A stretch of DNA of 64,000 nucleotides from Octopus sinensis (lineage: Eukaryota), in contig NC_043004.1 of the NCBI RefSeq assembly GCF_006345805.1, positions 47,988,001 through 48,052,000 of the forward strand, read 5' to 3'. The notes beneath the pieces are model-generated. The model was not told the origin of the DNA. It saw only the letters and a program-made list of their open reading frames with translations, and did not search any database. The position numbers and the translations under genes are program-made. Shown here piece by piece: positions 37,990 to 50,988 of this stretch (position 1 is the stretch's first letter; every line of letters starts with the position of its first letter).

Positions 37990-39260
37990 CATCTTTTTTG
38001 TATGTACGTGTATGCGAGAGAGAGCGAAAATCTTCCCATGCTGCAGTATTTTCAATGCTAAACAAGGGAGTCTGAAGCTCTTTTCTCAACACAGCATCAT
38101 ATATCTTGTGGACATTCAGAATCCGAGGAAAGCTGACTGGCCCTCTTCTCTCTTTCACTCTAATCATCATCCGGAACTTTGCTTCCACCAGACTGTGGCT
38201 TGTCCAGCATTCCCATCCATGATAAGATTTGACATTACAAACGCCATAGATGTCACGCTTGCGGATGATGACATAATCCTGCAAGTGCCAAACTTTAGAC
38301 CTTGGATGCATCCACGTTGTTGTGTGATCACATTTGTGCATAAAATGAGTGCTTGCGATTTAAAGTCCATGTTCATCGCAAGGCTCCAGCAGCATTAGAC
38401 CATTGCTATTCATTTTCCCTACTCCAAAACGTCCTAGAGGGTTCCATGTTTGCTAGTTTTTTCCAACCCTGGCATTGAAATCCCACAGTAGAATGACTTT
38501 ATCAGAATTGGGGATTTTCCTAAGTATGGCTCTCAGCTGGTCATAAAAAATACTTTTCTCTTCATCACAGCAAGTGAAAGTAGGTGCATAGGCGCTTATT
38601 AGAGTAGCAAGCCGCCCACCTTTCAGGTGCAATCGTAGAGTCATTAGATGTTCACATATAGGAACAGGAAGCTCCTCCAGCTTCTTAAGGATATCAGATC
38701 GAACCGCAAATCCAACACCAGCCTCTCTCCGCTCCCCTTCTGCCTCCCCTTCCCCAAAATGGTGTATCCACCACCTATTTCCTCAAGCTGACCATCACCT
38801 TCTACACGAGTTTCCGAAAGTGCAGCTATATCAGTATTATAACAGCTCAACTCGCAAGAAACAAGTGCAGTGCGTCTTTCAGGCCTACACTCACTCTTGT
38901 TATCTAACAGAGTGTGCGAATTCCAACATTAAATGCTCAAGTTCCATCCAGATTTTGTAAATATAGGTCTCTTTGTTTTTCGAGCGCAGGGTAGACATCC
39001 GTCAGTCGCGCTAAACTGACAAGATATAGAAAGACAGGCAATTTCTGGTTCACCTTTTCTAGAACCTCCTCAGACTCCGGGTGAGTAGTGTCCTCTCCAA
39101 ATGGAGCTGCTCAGACACCCATGCAGCAAACGAATCCTACCGCTGTCAATAGCCGACTTTATATCTAGCATGGGCCACCTACGTGCAGGTCGCTGACTAC
39201 ATGCTTCCAACCCGTCAGGTTTTCATGCTTCCCCACTTTCCCGTCGCCGCAGGACTTCCG
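37990..39260 (-). mobile_element. RTE/BovB-like LINE 5' part (APE endonuclease), pseudogenised
   Basis: IAALSETR, TLISAYAPT...FYDQL...VILLWDFNARVG, TTWMHPRSKVWHLQDYVIIR motifs in ORFs 38644-38850, 38453-38644 and 37955-38341. Confidence 0.9.
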
Positions 39261-39309
39261 GATAAAAAGTAAAATAAAAAATATACTATATACATGCATA
39301 CATACATAA

Positions 39310-39540
39310 GTCATTATTCAGTTTTATTTCAATATATTTTGCCAATAGAGAGTCTTCTAATGTAGATCCAAGCCTTCTTCTTTGGGTTTTCAGCAACACC
39401 AACAGGTTGGTTTTTTTCCATGTATTCGTGTATTTGTGTAGTGTTTGGAGTCAGTGCATGTGCAGATTTGTATGTTTTGTTTTATGTATGTATTTTTATG
39501 CATATGATTGCATGTTTAGACATGCGTGTGTGCACAGATA
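39310..39540 (-). mobile_element. 3' UTR fragment of the REL-type LINE seen at 17500
   Basis: TATTCAGTTTTATTTC...TTGCCAATAGA...GATCCAAG...GTGCATGTGCAGATTT shared with 17500-17740. Confidence 0.7.
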
Positions 39541-39699
39541 TGATAGGAGTAAATAGATACCCTTATAATCGTTAAAATTCATTTAAATCTGAAATTATAC
39601 ATTCAAATTATTTACTCATTATTATAATGTGAATATCTAATATTTGGTAGATATGCTCTTTGCATTTTTCAGTGCAAGGACCCTATCAAGCATGTTCAG

Positions 39700-40800
39700 A
39701 TGCCAAATACTTTCTTGAGGAATTTCTTGCCAAGTTTCGTGCAGTAATTTCAAAAGATCTGGCTTTGAGGATGCTTTCTTGTTCTTTTAACGACTTGCCC
39801 CGTCCATTATGCCCCAGAGGTATTCAATAGGATTATTATCTGGTGACTGGCTTGCCCATGGAAGCTTTTTAATGACATTCTCTTCAAACTATTCTTCGGT
39901 CTTTTCAGCCGTGTGACAAGGAGCCATAAATAAAGAGTCTTCTTAAATCATTTCACCACTGAAGATAGGAAGTGGTCCTTTCTGCAATAGGGACACATAT
40001 TTATCTGAGTTTGTGTTACCCTCACACTTCACCAGCCCTAATTGACCATTGCTCCAAATAGCTCCTCGGACTATCACAGAATAGCTGCCGTGTTTCGTTG
40101 TTGGAAGCAATCTTTTCACGTCAAATTCTTGATCACAGAATTTCTTGACCCACACTCAACAAGGGTCAGAAAATATGACAGTGTCCCAAAAAATATTAGT
40201 GGCCTCTCTACCATCTCACTGCCCCCCCCACCACCACCACCACCAATCTTTTATCCGCATTGATATTGGCTCGTCGAAGAAGTAGATTCCTTCTTGCTGC
40301 TCTGCCATAGTAGCCAAGCTTGTAGAGATACCTGACATCTGTTCTGGGACTGACATCAACTTGTTCTGCTATGTCAGAGGCCTTGCAACGAGGTTTATCC
40401 TCCACACTTCTCTTATTATTATTTTGCCACTGCCCACAAGGGGCTACACACAGAGGGAACAAACAAGGACAGACAAACGGATTAAGTCGATTATATCTAA
40501 CCCCAGTGCGTAACTGGTACTTATTTAATCGACCCGAAAGAATGAAAGGCAATGTCGACCTCGGCGGAAATTTGAACACAGAACGTTGCGACAGACGAAA
40601 AGCTGCTAAGCATTTCGCCCGGCGTGCTAACGATTCTGCCAGCTCACCGCCACTTCTCTTAACAAAGCGAAAGTTTCTGTCAGAGTGCCCTGGTCGTCGT
40701 GGGTGAGGTGATGTGGACTCCTTTCCCTTTCTGGTGAATTGTACAATCACTCTATTAACTGTAGAAAGCGGGATCCCAAGGTTTTATGCTTTTTTACGCT
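39700..40800 (-). mobile_element. Tc1-like transposase remnant
   Basis: [18 protein letters not shown]|[15 protein letters not shown]...[19 protein letters not shown] and LPTTKHGSYSVIV.GAIWSNG motifs; the frame is rejoined when SINE B is removed. Confidence 0.85.
40416..40651 (-). mobile_element. SINE family B inserted in Tc1, 10-11-bp TSD
   Basis: TSD (C)ACTTCTCTTA at 40405-40415 and 40651-40661. Confidence 0.95.
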
Positions 40801-41041
40801 CCGTCCACCTTCAGATTGATCCACAATACGGCCTCTTCGAAATTCGGACAGTTCCAAGGATTCTTTTGTACATGGCATGATTAAACAGTTACACATAGAA
40901 CCTGAAACATAAAAATGTTAATTAATAAAAAATATATATGTTTTTTAAGTTAAATAAACATAAAATTATGTTTTATGGTGTGTCTATTTACTTCTGTCAT
41001 ATATGTATGTATGTATGTATGTATGTGTGTGTGTGTATGTA

Positions 41042-41072
<31 letters not shown>

Positions 41073-41101
41073 ATGTATGTATGTATGTATGTATGTATGT
41101 A

Positions 41102-41132
<31 letters not shown>

Positions 41133-41152
41133 ATGTATGTATGTATGTATGT

Positions 41153-41536
41153 GGAGGCACAATGGCCCAGTGGTTAGGGCAGCGGACTCGCGGTCATAGG
41201 ATCGCGGTTTCGATTCCCAGACCGGGCGTTGTGAGTGTTTATTGAGAGAAAACACCTAAAGCTCCACGAGGCTCCGGCATGGGTTGGTGGTGATCCCTGC
41301 TGTACTCTTTCACCACAACTTTCTCTCACTCTTACTTCCTGTTTCTGTTGTACCTGTATTTCAAAGGGCCGGCCTTGTCACTCTCTGTGTCACGCTGAAT
41401 ATCCCCGAGAACTACGTTAAGGGTACACGTGTCTGTGGAGTGCTCAGCCACTTACACGTTAATTTCACGAGCAGGCTGCTCCGTTGATTCGGATCAACCG
41501 GAACCCTCATCGTCGTAACCGACGGAGTGCTTCCAT
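41153..41536 (+). mobile_element. SINE family C, long-tail variant, in (TATG)n
   Basis: Complete copy with (TATG)n on both sides. Confidence 0.95.
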
Positions 41537-42443
41537 GTATGTATGTATGTATGTATGTATGTATGTATGTATGTATGTATGTATGCATGTATGCATGTAT
41601 GCATGTATGTATGTAGTATGTATGTATGTATGTATGTATGTATGTATGTATGTATGTATGTGTGGGTCTTCAAACCCCATACGTCGCTAGCCAGCAACTG
41701 CACACCACACGCAATCACGTGGAGAATCGCAAAGAAATATATTCCATATGTAAATGGATCTAAGTTTATTCAGCTGAAAGATCGCATATTCTTTTTCAAT
41801 CAACAAATTCAACTGCTCTACAGAATTCCAAACACGAAAGTTTCAGAATATGCAAGCATATGACAAATATGTTTTGATGAACTTCAGGAAACCATCTCTC
41901 CATAGAATTATTCTACAATTAGCTTAACTATGGCTTCAAATTTAAAGGGAACGTAACTCTATTGTTTTTTCCTTTCTTTTTCAGTTTTTAATAATGTTCC
42001 TTCCACTTTCTGCATCAACCTTCTTCTCATTTTGCCTCGTGATTTCTCTTGTACGAGCATCCTTATTTGCAAATAGAATAGATCATTTACTCACAGCCAG
42101 AAGATTGCTTTCAGACACAAGGCGTGTTATCAAAATCTTGCCTGTACACTATGCATGTGTCTCCAAAGCAAGGAACTATTATTAGCATGTATCATTTTGT
42201 TGTGTACATTAGATTATATTAATTTCTCACTGAATGGAGTACTTACGATAACAGAGTAGTAAACACTGTGTTTGTGTGTGTCTGTGTGCGTGAAACAGCG
42301 CGCACGCGAACGCATGTTTATATGTGAGTATAAGTATGTGTGCATTTGCGTGAGTTTGCTTGTTTTATGTTTGCGTGCCTGTGTGTATGTGTGTGAGTGT
42401 GTGTGTGGTGTGTGTGTACCTAAGTGTGTATGTGTTTGTGTGC

Positions 42444-42539
<96 letters not shown>

Positions 42540-43059
42540 CGCTTCTATGCCATATAGTTACGTTGTCAGTAATACAGACATCATCGACAATAAATGCAAC
42601 TCACCTGTTCTGAAAAGTATAAACATAAATACAATATTTCACTTATTTATTCGTTGTTTAATTGACATATTCAGTCATTAACTTATTTAGATATTCAATT
42701 ATGAATTTTATACTTTTACACTTTCGACGTTTTATTATCAGTATCTCATAGTTACTTTCGTAGCAATATATTGAGTATTTAAAACATCCAGTTGCCCAAC
42801 TAACAGCTAAAAACAAGATAGAGAGGAATGTTGTAGTTGTGACTATTTGAAATTAAGACTAATATTTTGGGGCTATTATTCGAGCAGGCATTCTTAGAAT
42901 TAATCTAAAATGCTTTGAATGTAACATGGTTAAATCTAAAGCGGTTAAATCTGAGTTATGTCCCATAGAGCTTGCTAATAAGCTTTAGAGTTATGCCCCT
43001 TCTGTAACTGTGATAGGTTATCCTGAAAACATTTCCTACTTTTTAGAGTCTAAAAATGT

Positions 43060-43836
43060 TACAGTCCCAAACTTTTCGGGCCAAATTGCAATATCGCCCA
43101 CCTATCGGCCAACAAATGCCCATCACCCACCTGTTTTAAAACCCTGACACAACCCCCCCTAATATTAAATCTCCTAGGAAAACTCCACCCTCTATCATTC
43201 GACACACATTTTATCTTAGGCTCGTTGCCCGACTAGTGCTGTTTGGTCTAAATATGCGGTTGTTTACAAATCCCTTATTGTGGTGTGAATAAAATTCTAA
43301 CGTTAATTCTATATTATGCAGACAGATTAACTTTGGTAAACTTGCGCTTTCTTTTACACTGATTTATATTTTCCCCAAATGAACCATTGACCAGAACTAC
43401 CGATGCAAAAATAATTTATGATTGTATTATAAAGGAAAAGAACACAAATTTTTTATGAGAACCATGTGTCTGATGTGATGCAGCTAAAGTAGATACATTT
43501 GATTTCAAACTTGTCAACATTAGCCGTAAGTCACCTCGTTACATCCAGTCCAATTCTTTTATGGAAAAGTATAGTTCCAGCATGGCTAAAACCAGATGCA
43601 ACCAGTTACAAGATAGGGAAGGCAAGCAAGAGTAATTCCAGACGTTTCCACAGATTGGGGTAGGAATTCACAGATTTCCAAAGATCGGGGTAGGCTTGCC
43701 ATGATTATAGGTAAATGCAGACTTGATTTCGAAAAATTCTTTGTCACCCATAAAATGTTCACATCACCCACCATTTTCTAGGAATTTGCCCAATCACCCA
43801 CCTGTAAGTTGAAATCACCTACTTTGGGAAGCTATG
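43060..43836. mobile_element. Possible hAT-like non-autonomous element
   Basis: Repeated subterminal ATC(A/G)CCCACC motifs near both ends; imperfect termini CAGTCCCAAAC and TTTGGGAAGCTATG; no clear TSD. Confidence 0.3.
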
Positions 43837-44096
43837 TTTTAGACGATGTGTATTCATAGCACACGTAATTAACTTGTATAAGTATACTTTGAGATTCTGC
43901 TGTGTTCGACCTTGTTCAGTACAACTTTTGGTAATGATAGCACGGACCAATTAATCTAAATGTTAGATTCTAATAAGAGTATAGAGTCTTGTTTATAGAA
44001 AACAGCAAATAAGTTATATATATATATATATATATATATAATGTATAATTTATATATATATATGTAGATAGATAGATAGATAGATAGATAGGTAGG

Positions 44097-44170
<74 letters not shown>

Positions 44171-44357
44171 TTTATATATATATATATATATAGGGAGAGA
44201 GATAGGAAGATACATACATACATACATATTTATATATATAAATATATGTATACATACATATACATATATGCATATATACATATACATATATGCATATATA
44301 CATATACATATATGCATATATATACATATGTATACATATACATATGTATACATATAC

Positions 44358-44745
44358 ATGGATGGAAGCACTCCGTCGGTTACGACGACGAGGGTTCCGG
44401 TTGATCCGAATCAACGGAACAGCCTGCTCGTGAAATTAACGTGTAAGTGGCTGAGCACTCTACAGACACGTGTACCCTTAACGTAGTTCTCGGGGATATT
44501 CAGCGTGACACAAAGAGTGACAAGGCCGGCCCTTTGAAATACAGGTACAACAGAAACAGGAAGTAAGAGTGAGAGAAAGTTGTGGTGAAAGAGTACAGCA
44601 GGGATCACCACCATCCCCTGCCGGAGCCTCGTGGAGCTTTAGGTGTTTTCGCTCAATAAACACTCACAACGCCCGGTCTGGGAATCGAAACCGCGATCCT
44701 ATGACCGCGAGTCCGCTGCCCTAACCACTGGGCCATTGCGCCTCC
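44358..44745 (-). mobile_element. SINE family C, long-tail variant
   Basis: Complete copy, reverse complement of the 41153 copy. Confidence 0.95.
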
Positions 44746-44783
44746 ACTCATATACATATATGCATATATATACATATGTATAC

Positions 44784-44814
<31 letters not shown>

Positions 44815-44875
44815 ATATATGTATATGTATGTGTATATATATATATATAATATATATATATATATAATATATATA

Positions 44876-44923
<48 letters not shown>

Positions 44924-45554
44924 ATATCATGTATGTATGTATATAAGGAAAATAAGGCAAGGTAGAAAATGCTAAATTATTTTATCATGAAGTACATCTT
45001 AGTACTGGTTTCCGTCTTTTAGACTTTTTTAACTAAGAGTACAAGAAGAAAAACAAATTGGAGAAAAAGATTAAGTGAAATGCTTCGTAAATATTTCCAT
45101 AGTTATCAAATAGTGTTCTCTGTCTCTCTTCCTTTGTGAATGCTTCTAGGTAGGTAGTAGCAAATCTGAAGAGATAATTTTACGAGTACAGGGAATTGGT
45201 GATTTAAGCAGAAGGCGAGGGAGGAGGAGGAGGAGGGGGAGGGGAGGAAGAGCAGCAGCAGCAGCAGGGAAAGAAGAAGGAGAAAGAAAAGAAAAAGACG
45301 GGAGTGGTGTGACATAGTAGACTGTTCGTGGAATCTTCTTTAATGGCCACATGACCTTACAGTTACCAGTTGTGGTCGTATCAGTAGTGGTTCGAATTAT
45401 TCTAAATTCTTGTAGTAGTCTCATCTGTGGTGGAAACATTCAAAACAGGTTCATATTTTGCGATAAAATATGCTTCTTTGCTAATGCGCTGAATAAAGGT
45501 TACATTGTCCCTGTATTCATAGAGCGGATTCATCCTCGTTGTATTTGTCATATA

Positions 45555-45784
45555 GCCGTGAGCTGGCAGAAACGTTAGCACGCCGGGCGAAATGCTTAGC
45601 GGTATTTTGTCTGCCGTTACCTTGTAAGTTCAAATTCTGCCGAGGTCGACTTTGCCTTTCATCCTTTCAGGGTCGATAAAATAAGTACCAGTTACGCACT
45701 GGGGTCGATATAATCGACTTAATACTTACGTATGTCCTTGTTTGTCCCCTCTCTGTTTAGCCCCTTGTGGGTATTAAAGAAATA
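45555..45784 (+). mobile_element. SINE family B with 13-bp TSD
   Basis: TSD TGTATTTGTCATA at 45540-45552 and 45785-45797. Confidence 0.93.
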
Positions 45785-45797
45785 TGTATTTGTCATA

Positions 45798-46212
45798 GGT
45801 GCAGGAGTGGCTGTGTGGTAAGTAGCTTGTTTACCAACCGCTTGGTTCCGGGTTCAGTCCCACTGCGTGGCACCTTGGGCAAGTGTCCTCTGCTATAGCC
45901 TCGGGCCGACCAAAGCCTTGTGAGTGGATTTGGTAGACGGAAACTGAAAGAAGCCCGTCGTATATATATGTGTATATATTTATGTATGTGTCTGTATATG
46001 TTTGTGTGTCTGTGTTTGTCCCCCTGGCATTGCTTGACAACCGATGCTGGTGTGTTTATGTCCCCGTTACTTAGCGGTTCGGCAAAAGAGACCGATACAA
46101 TAAGTACTGGGCTTACAAAAGAATAAGTCCCGGGGTCGAGTTGCTCGATTAAAAGGCGGTGCTCCAACATGGCCACAGTCAAATGACAGAAACAAGTAAA
46201 AGAAAAAAAAAA
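45798..46212 (+). mobile_element. SINE family A, full length
   Basis: Complete copy abutting the SINE B TSD. Confidence 0.95.
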
Positions 46213-46843
46213 GATAGTTCGTCGGCGAGTTGTAATTTTCTATAGAATTCCGCAACGTTTTCTTTCATTTCGTTGTAATTGGAGCGTTGGTGGGTTGGGT
46301 GTAAATTTGAACCCGTTGGAGAGTATGTTGATTTGGTCTGGTGCTAGTTCTTTGTGAGTTAGATTGATGACTTTTATCACTTTTAGTTTCTCCTCTCTCT
46401 TTGTTATCTCGTGTCCCTGTGTTTGCGTACTGGGTCTAAAAAATGATTGCCGCGACTGGACGGTATCTTTAATGTAGTTGTCCTATGTTGTGGTGGGGTA
46501 CCCTGTTGTTATTGAGTACCCTCTTGTTATGATTTATGGGGCGGGTTCTTGGATGAGGGCTAACAATATGTCCCGATATGCCACGTTCAATGCTAGATGG
46601 TGATTGAAAAGCGTGTCCCTATATCTTATGATTGGATGTGGTGCTTCAGAGGGCCGTCATTGGTAATTATGTCCGGTGGTATGGGTCTGTTGTGCGTGGT
46701 TGTTAAGTGGATTGTTGGGATAAAAATAGCGTAAGTATCCCCTTATGGGGGTGGAGGTTGTAATGTCTCGCAAGTTATGAAGTTAGGGTTAGATAAATAT
46801 AATCTCGAGGTAATAATATTGCTTCTGTCGTTAATGTATGTAC

Positions 46844-46898
<55 letters not shown>

Positions 46899-47014
46899 GA
46901 GAGAGAGAGATACATAATACATACATACATACATACATACATACATACATACATACATACATACATACATACATACATACATGCATGCATGCATATATGT
47001 ACATATATATATAT

Positions 47015-47428
47015 ACTCTTTTTCTCTTTTTTACTCTTTTTACTTGTTTCAGTCATGTGACTGTGGCCATGCTGGAGCACCACCTTTAGTCGATCAAATC
47101 GACCCCAGGACTTATTCTTTGTAAGCCTAGTACTTATTTTATCGGTCTCTTTTTTGCCGAACCGCTAAGTTACGGGGACGTAAACACACCAGAATCGGTT
47201 GTCCAGCGATGTTGGGTGGACAAACACAGACACACAAACACGCACATACATATATACATATATACATATATACGACGGGCTTCTTTCAGTTTCCGTCTAC
47301 CAAATCCACTCACAAGGCTTTGGTCGGACCGAGGCTATTGTAGAAGACACTTACCCAAGGTGCCACGCAGTGGGACTGAACCCGGAACCATGTGGTTCGT
47401 AAGCAAGCTACTTAACACACAGCCACAT
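47015..47428 (-). mobile_element. SINE family A (a further head-only copy at ~47750-47900)
   Basis: Reverse complement of family A tail, body and most of the head. Confidence 0.92.
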
Positions 47429-47507
47429 ATATATACAAACACACACATATATAAACACACATATATATACACCCATACACACACATACACACACACATAC
47501 ATATATA

Positions 47508-47598
47508 CGAGGGGTGTATGAAACGTTTTGAGCATTCAAGGCCTTTGAGCCTTGAAGTCTTGTTTTTCTGATGCTCAAGACTTTTCATACACCCTTCA
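47508..47598. mobile_element. 91-bp mariner-type MITE in TA
   Basis: 28-bp TIRs CGAGGGGTGTATGAAACGTTTTGAGCAT and its inverted partner (24/28), 35-bp core, TA on both sides. Confidence 0.8.
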
Positions 47599-47620
47599 TA
47601 TATATATATATAGATATATA

Positions 47621-47724
<104 letters not shown>

Positions 47725-48704
47725 ATTATATATATATATATATATACACACACGACGGGCTTCTTTCAGTTTCCGTCTACCATTTCCATTCACAGGGCTT
47801 TGGTCAGCCCGAGGCTAGAATAGAAGACACTTGCCCAAGCTGCCATGCAATGGGACTGAACCCGGAACCGCGTGGTTAGTTAACAAGCTACTTACCATAC
47901 ACCCATTCCTGCTGACTAATGATAATAAAAGTAGTAAAATAGAACCAGCGTGTCTATTCTTTATTAAGAGAATGACTCTGCCCAGCTACAGCAGGAATGT
48001 GTACGATTCCTATCAGTTAATGCTATGGAAATATAAGGTATTGAAATTCTGTTAGCCAAACGTCAGCTAAAATGACAGAAAAGAAATATCAGGGTTTTGC
48101 AGATATATAGTTGAAGAAATGACAATTTGAAGTTGCGATTTCATGATGAAAGCGGCAGCAACAATGGACTTCGCTTTTAATTTATTTAACACTGCTAAGT
48201 TATGTCCCTTACATCGAGCTCAAACTTAATAGTTATCTCCCTTGAATTATACACTTTTTAAGAGATGTCAAAATATATTTATTAATAAACTTGCTGTAAT
48301 TGTAGCATTACTCAAGTCTACATGATTTTCTATGTTTAAATGTCTACGATACATTCTAAATCAATTGTAACGTTGATTTCAAATTTCTTATTAGTTTTTC
48401 TCCATCACGTCTACTTTTTCTATAATAAAGCTTTTTTTTTTCAGTATTATTGAATCAGAACATCAGATGACAGTGATTATCTGATTTATTTTGCTCAAGA
48501 AAATAGTTTGCTTTACTAGTATTAGTAATGGCAAAATAGCAGCCAATATAAAGCTTATTAAATAGTCGTTTACAACTCGGACAGACGATGTGACCTTCAA
48601 AAGCTGTGTACACGGTTGCTAACTGATGCTTTTAGTGCTGTTATAGAAGTTCCAGAGTCCAGTTGTTGGTGATATTTAAAATGAGTCCGTATAGATTAAA
48701 GTGA

Positions 48705-50012
48705 ATGAACAATCCAGACATATTCTGCTACATTTGTGGCACGTATGTTGTCATTAAACAGAGACAAAATATAACTGATCTTGTAAAAACAAAATCTACA
48801 CCAGCCTTATTTTGGTATTTAACTCGGTGATAAAGACAAATCTTGGACTCCCCACAAAGCATGTTGTACTTGTGTGGAGGGGCTGAGACTCTGGAAAGAC
48901 TCTGGAAATAAAAGTAAATGCCTTCTGGAATACCATTGGTGGGGCGAGAGCCGAGTAAGCACGTTGACGATTGTTATTTCTGCATTATTAAAGTTGATGA
49001 GTAAAGTGCAAAAAATAAACTTAAGATAGTATATTATAGTTAATACCTAGGTTATACGTCCTATTGCACATGAGTCTGACATTCCAGTTCCTCTTCCTGC
49101 TTCTCTCCCTCACTTGTTTTCGAGAATGTTACATCACATAGTGACGAAGAAGACAAACGTGAAAAAAGGTGATGACTACGCTCCTGATGAAATCGAAAGT
49201 TCACACTTACACAGGAAGAACTCAATGATTTGGTGAGAGATTTGAACCTATCAAAGGATACACTGGAACTTAGTTCTAGACTAAATATACATAATGCTAC
49301 ATAATGGGAATAGGGTTTCATCCACTCAAGTGGTACTTTCTGTACAACTAAAGGAGACGTATGAAAATGTAAAAAAAAAAACACTTTGTTAAATACAGAG
49401 TTTGAAGAATGCCACTGGCAAGTGTGTGGAGATTTCAAAATTATAGGAATGCTTTTAGGACAGCAGATAGGCTACATGAAAATTCCATGTGTCTCATGTG
49501 GATGGCATAGCAGAGCTAAAGAAAATCACTGGATGATTGGTAAAAACGGGCTACAAAGCAGACGTTTGTTACCTGGATCCAAAAACATTCTGCACGAACC
49601 CTTGATTGAACCAACAAAAGTACTGCTACCACCTTTGCACATCAAACTGGGTTTCGTGAAACAGTTTGTTAAGTATTTTCCCGTAGTTGGATCATGTTTG
49701 CGATATCTCTCAAAAAAATTCCCAAACATAACCAGTGAAAAAATTAAAGCAGGAATATTTGTTGGTCCTGATATTCGTAAACTAATGAAAGACCCAGATT
49801 ATGAGAAATCCATGAATAAATCTCAAAAACAAGAATGGGTGAGCTTCGAGTGTATTGTCGAGAACTTAATCGGAAGCAATAAGTGTTCAAATTACAAATT
49901 CATAGTTGATACCATGTTGCAAAATTTCAAAATCTTGGGTGCAACATTAGTATTAAAATGCACTTTCTTCACTCACACCTCGGCTATTTTCCGGAGAACC
50001 TTGGCAATCTAA
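48705..50012 (+). mobile_element. DNA-transposon transposase pseudogene, Chapaev3 (CMC)-like
   Basis: NNPDIFCYICG...LGDKDKSWTPHKACCTC at 48705-48890; ORF 49386-50012 CGDFKIIGMLLGQQ.GY.KIPC...PPLHIKLGFVKQFVK...GIFVGPDIRKLM. Family assigned from remembered motifs; cut at the 3' end by an RTE. Confidence 0.75.
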
Positions 50013-50634
50013 GTTAAGACAACGTACAAACAGGTCGAATAGTGATCGGCAGTGATGAAATAGAGGAGATAAAGGAATATGTCTACCTGGGACAGGAAGT
50101 GAATATGTGCCGAGATATCGAAAAGGAGATCTCACAGAGAGTAAGGGCCGGATGGAATGCGTTTAATGGCATAAGGGATGTGCTCAAGGGAAGGTTGGAC
50201 AGGACCACCCGCGCCATAGCACAGTTCTACCTGCAATGTTATATGGTAGTGAAACACGAGCTACAACAAAGAGAGAAGAACAGAGATTGGCAACGGCTCA
50301 ATGTGACATGGAAAGGTCAATGCTTGGTATCTCGTTGAGAGAGCACATCAGTAGCGAGGTCATTAGAGAGAAGTCGGCGTGAAGGATGTCATCGTAGAAT
50401 ATACACGCAGCAAGTTTAGATGGGCTGGACACGTCGCGGGGTCACCGATAATCGGTGGACCCGCGCAGTTGTCGTGTGGTACCCGCGCGAACGGAAACGA
50501 CCACTAGGAAGGCCCCCACGACGGTGGAGCTACGATTTCAGGAGGGCGATTGGGATCGCGTGGATGAGAAAGGCGCGATCCAGAGAGGAGTGAACATCGT
50601 GCTGTGGCCAGCGGTGTCGGTCAAGTTGATCAAG

Positions 50635-50640
<6 letters not shown>
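50005..50640 (+). mobile_element. RTE-clade LINE 3' end (non-BovB type) with (TA)n tail
   Basis: IEEIKEYVYLGQEVNM...EISQRVRAGWNAF; KFRWAGHVAG.TDNRWTRAVV.WYPRERKRPLGRPPRRW motifs; few frameshifts. Confidence 0.9.
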
Positions 50641-50710
<70 letters not shown>

Positions 50711-50910
50711 TATATATATACAAATTAGTAAATAAATGGCACACTAAGTACCGATATTTACTGGAATAGCGAACGTAAAAATACGACGCTAATGTGTAGC
50801 TTCACCGCGTATGTATTAGCAAAAATGCGTGTGTGCAACAAATTAGAGAAAAAAAAACCGTCTTACCTCCAGGGAGAACATCTGAAAGATGAAACACCCG
50901 GAAAAGGATA

Positions 50911-50988
50911 ATGTGGTACCTGCAGGTTTCAGGTTTTACAAGATATGTCTCTCACCCATATTTTGTTTTACCTTCATCAGCCAAGCAT
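50911..50988 (-). ncRNA. Type-I hammerhead ribozyme, unit 1
   Basis: ATG-CT-TGG-CTGATGA-AGGT aaa ACAAAATATG ggtgagaga CATATCTTGT aaa ACCT-GAA-ACCTGCAGGT-A^CCA-CAT; full core; predicted cleavage between 50917 and 50916. Confidence 0.9.

Larger units (their letters stand above)
45300..46780 (-). mobile_element. Penelope-like element, internally deleted (N-terminus joined to GIY-YIG end, no RT), split by two SINEs
   Basis: VIKVINLTHKELAPDQINILSNGFKFTPNPP(frameshift)RSNYNEMKENVAEFYRKLQLADEL at 46380-46215 continues past the SINEs as YDKYNEDES, then another frame gives PLYEYRDNVTFIQRISKEAYFIAKYEPVLN (~45520-45430). Confidence 0.65.

Noticed and set aside
41683-41759. Minus-strand candidate exon DPFTYGIYFFAILHVIACGVQLLASD
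   Set aside because: Phase is incompatible with the neighbouring candidate exon at 42095-42141, the acceptor is weak and no family was recognised.
50882-50895. Plus-strand CTGAAAGATGAAAC as a second hammerhead in the 432-bp unit
   Set aside because: Core spacing is wrong and there is no helix II; it forms only a CATCT/AGATG hairpin.
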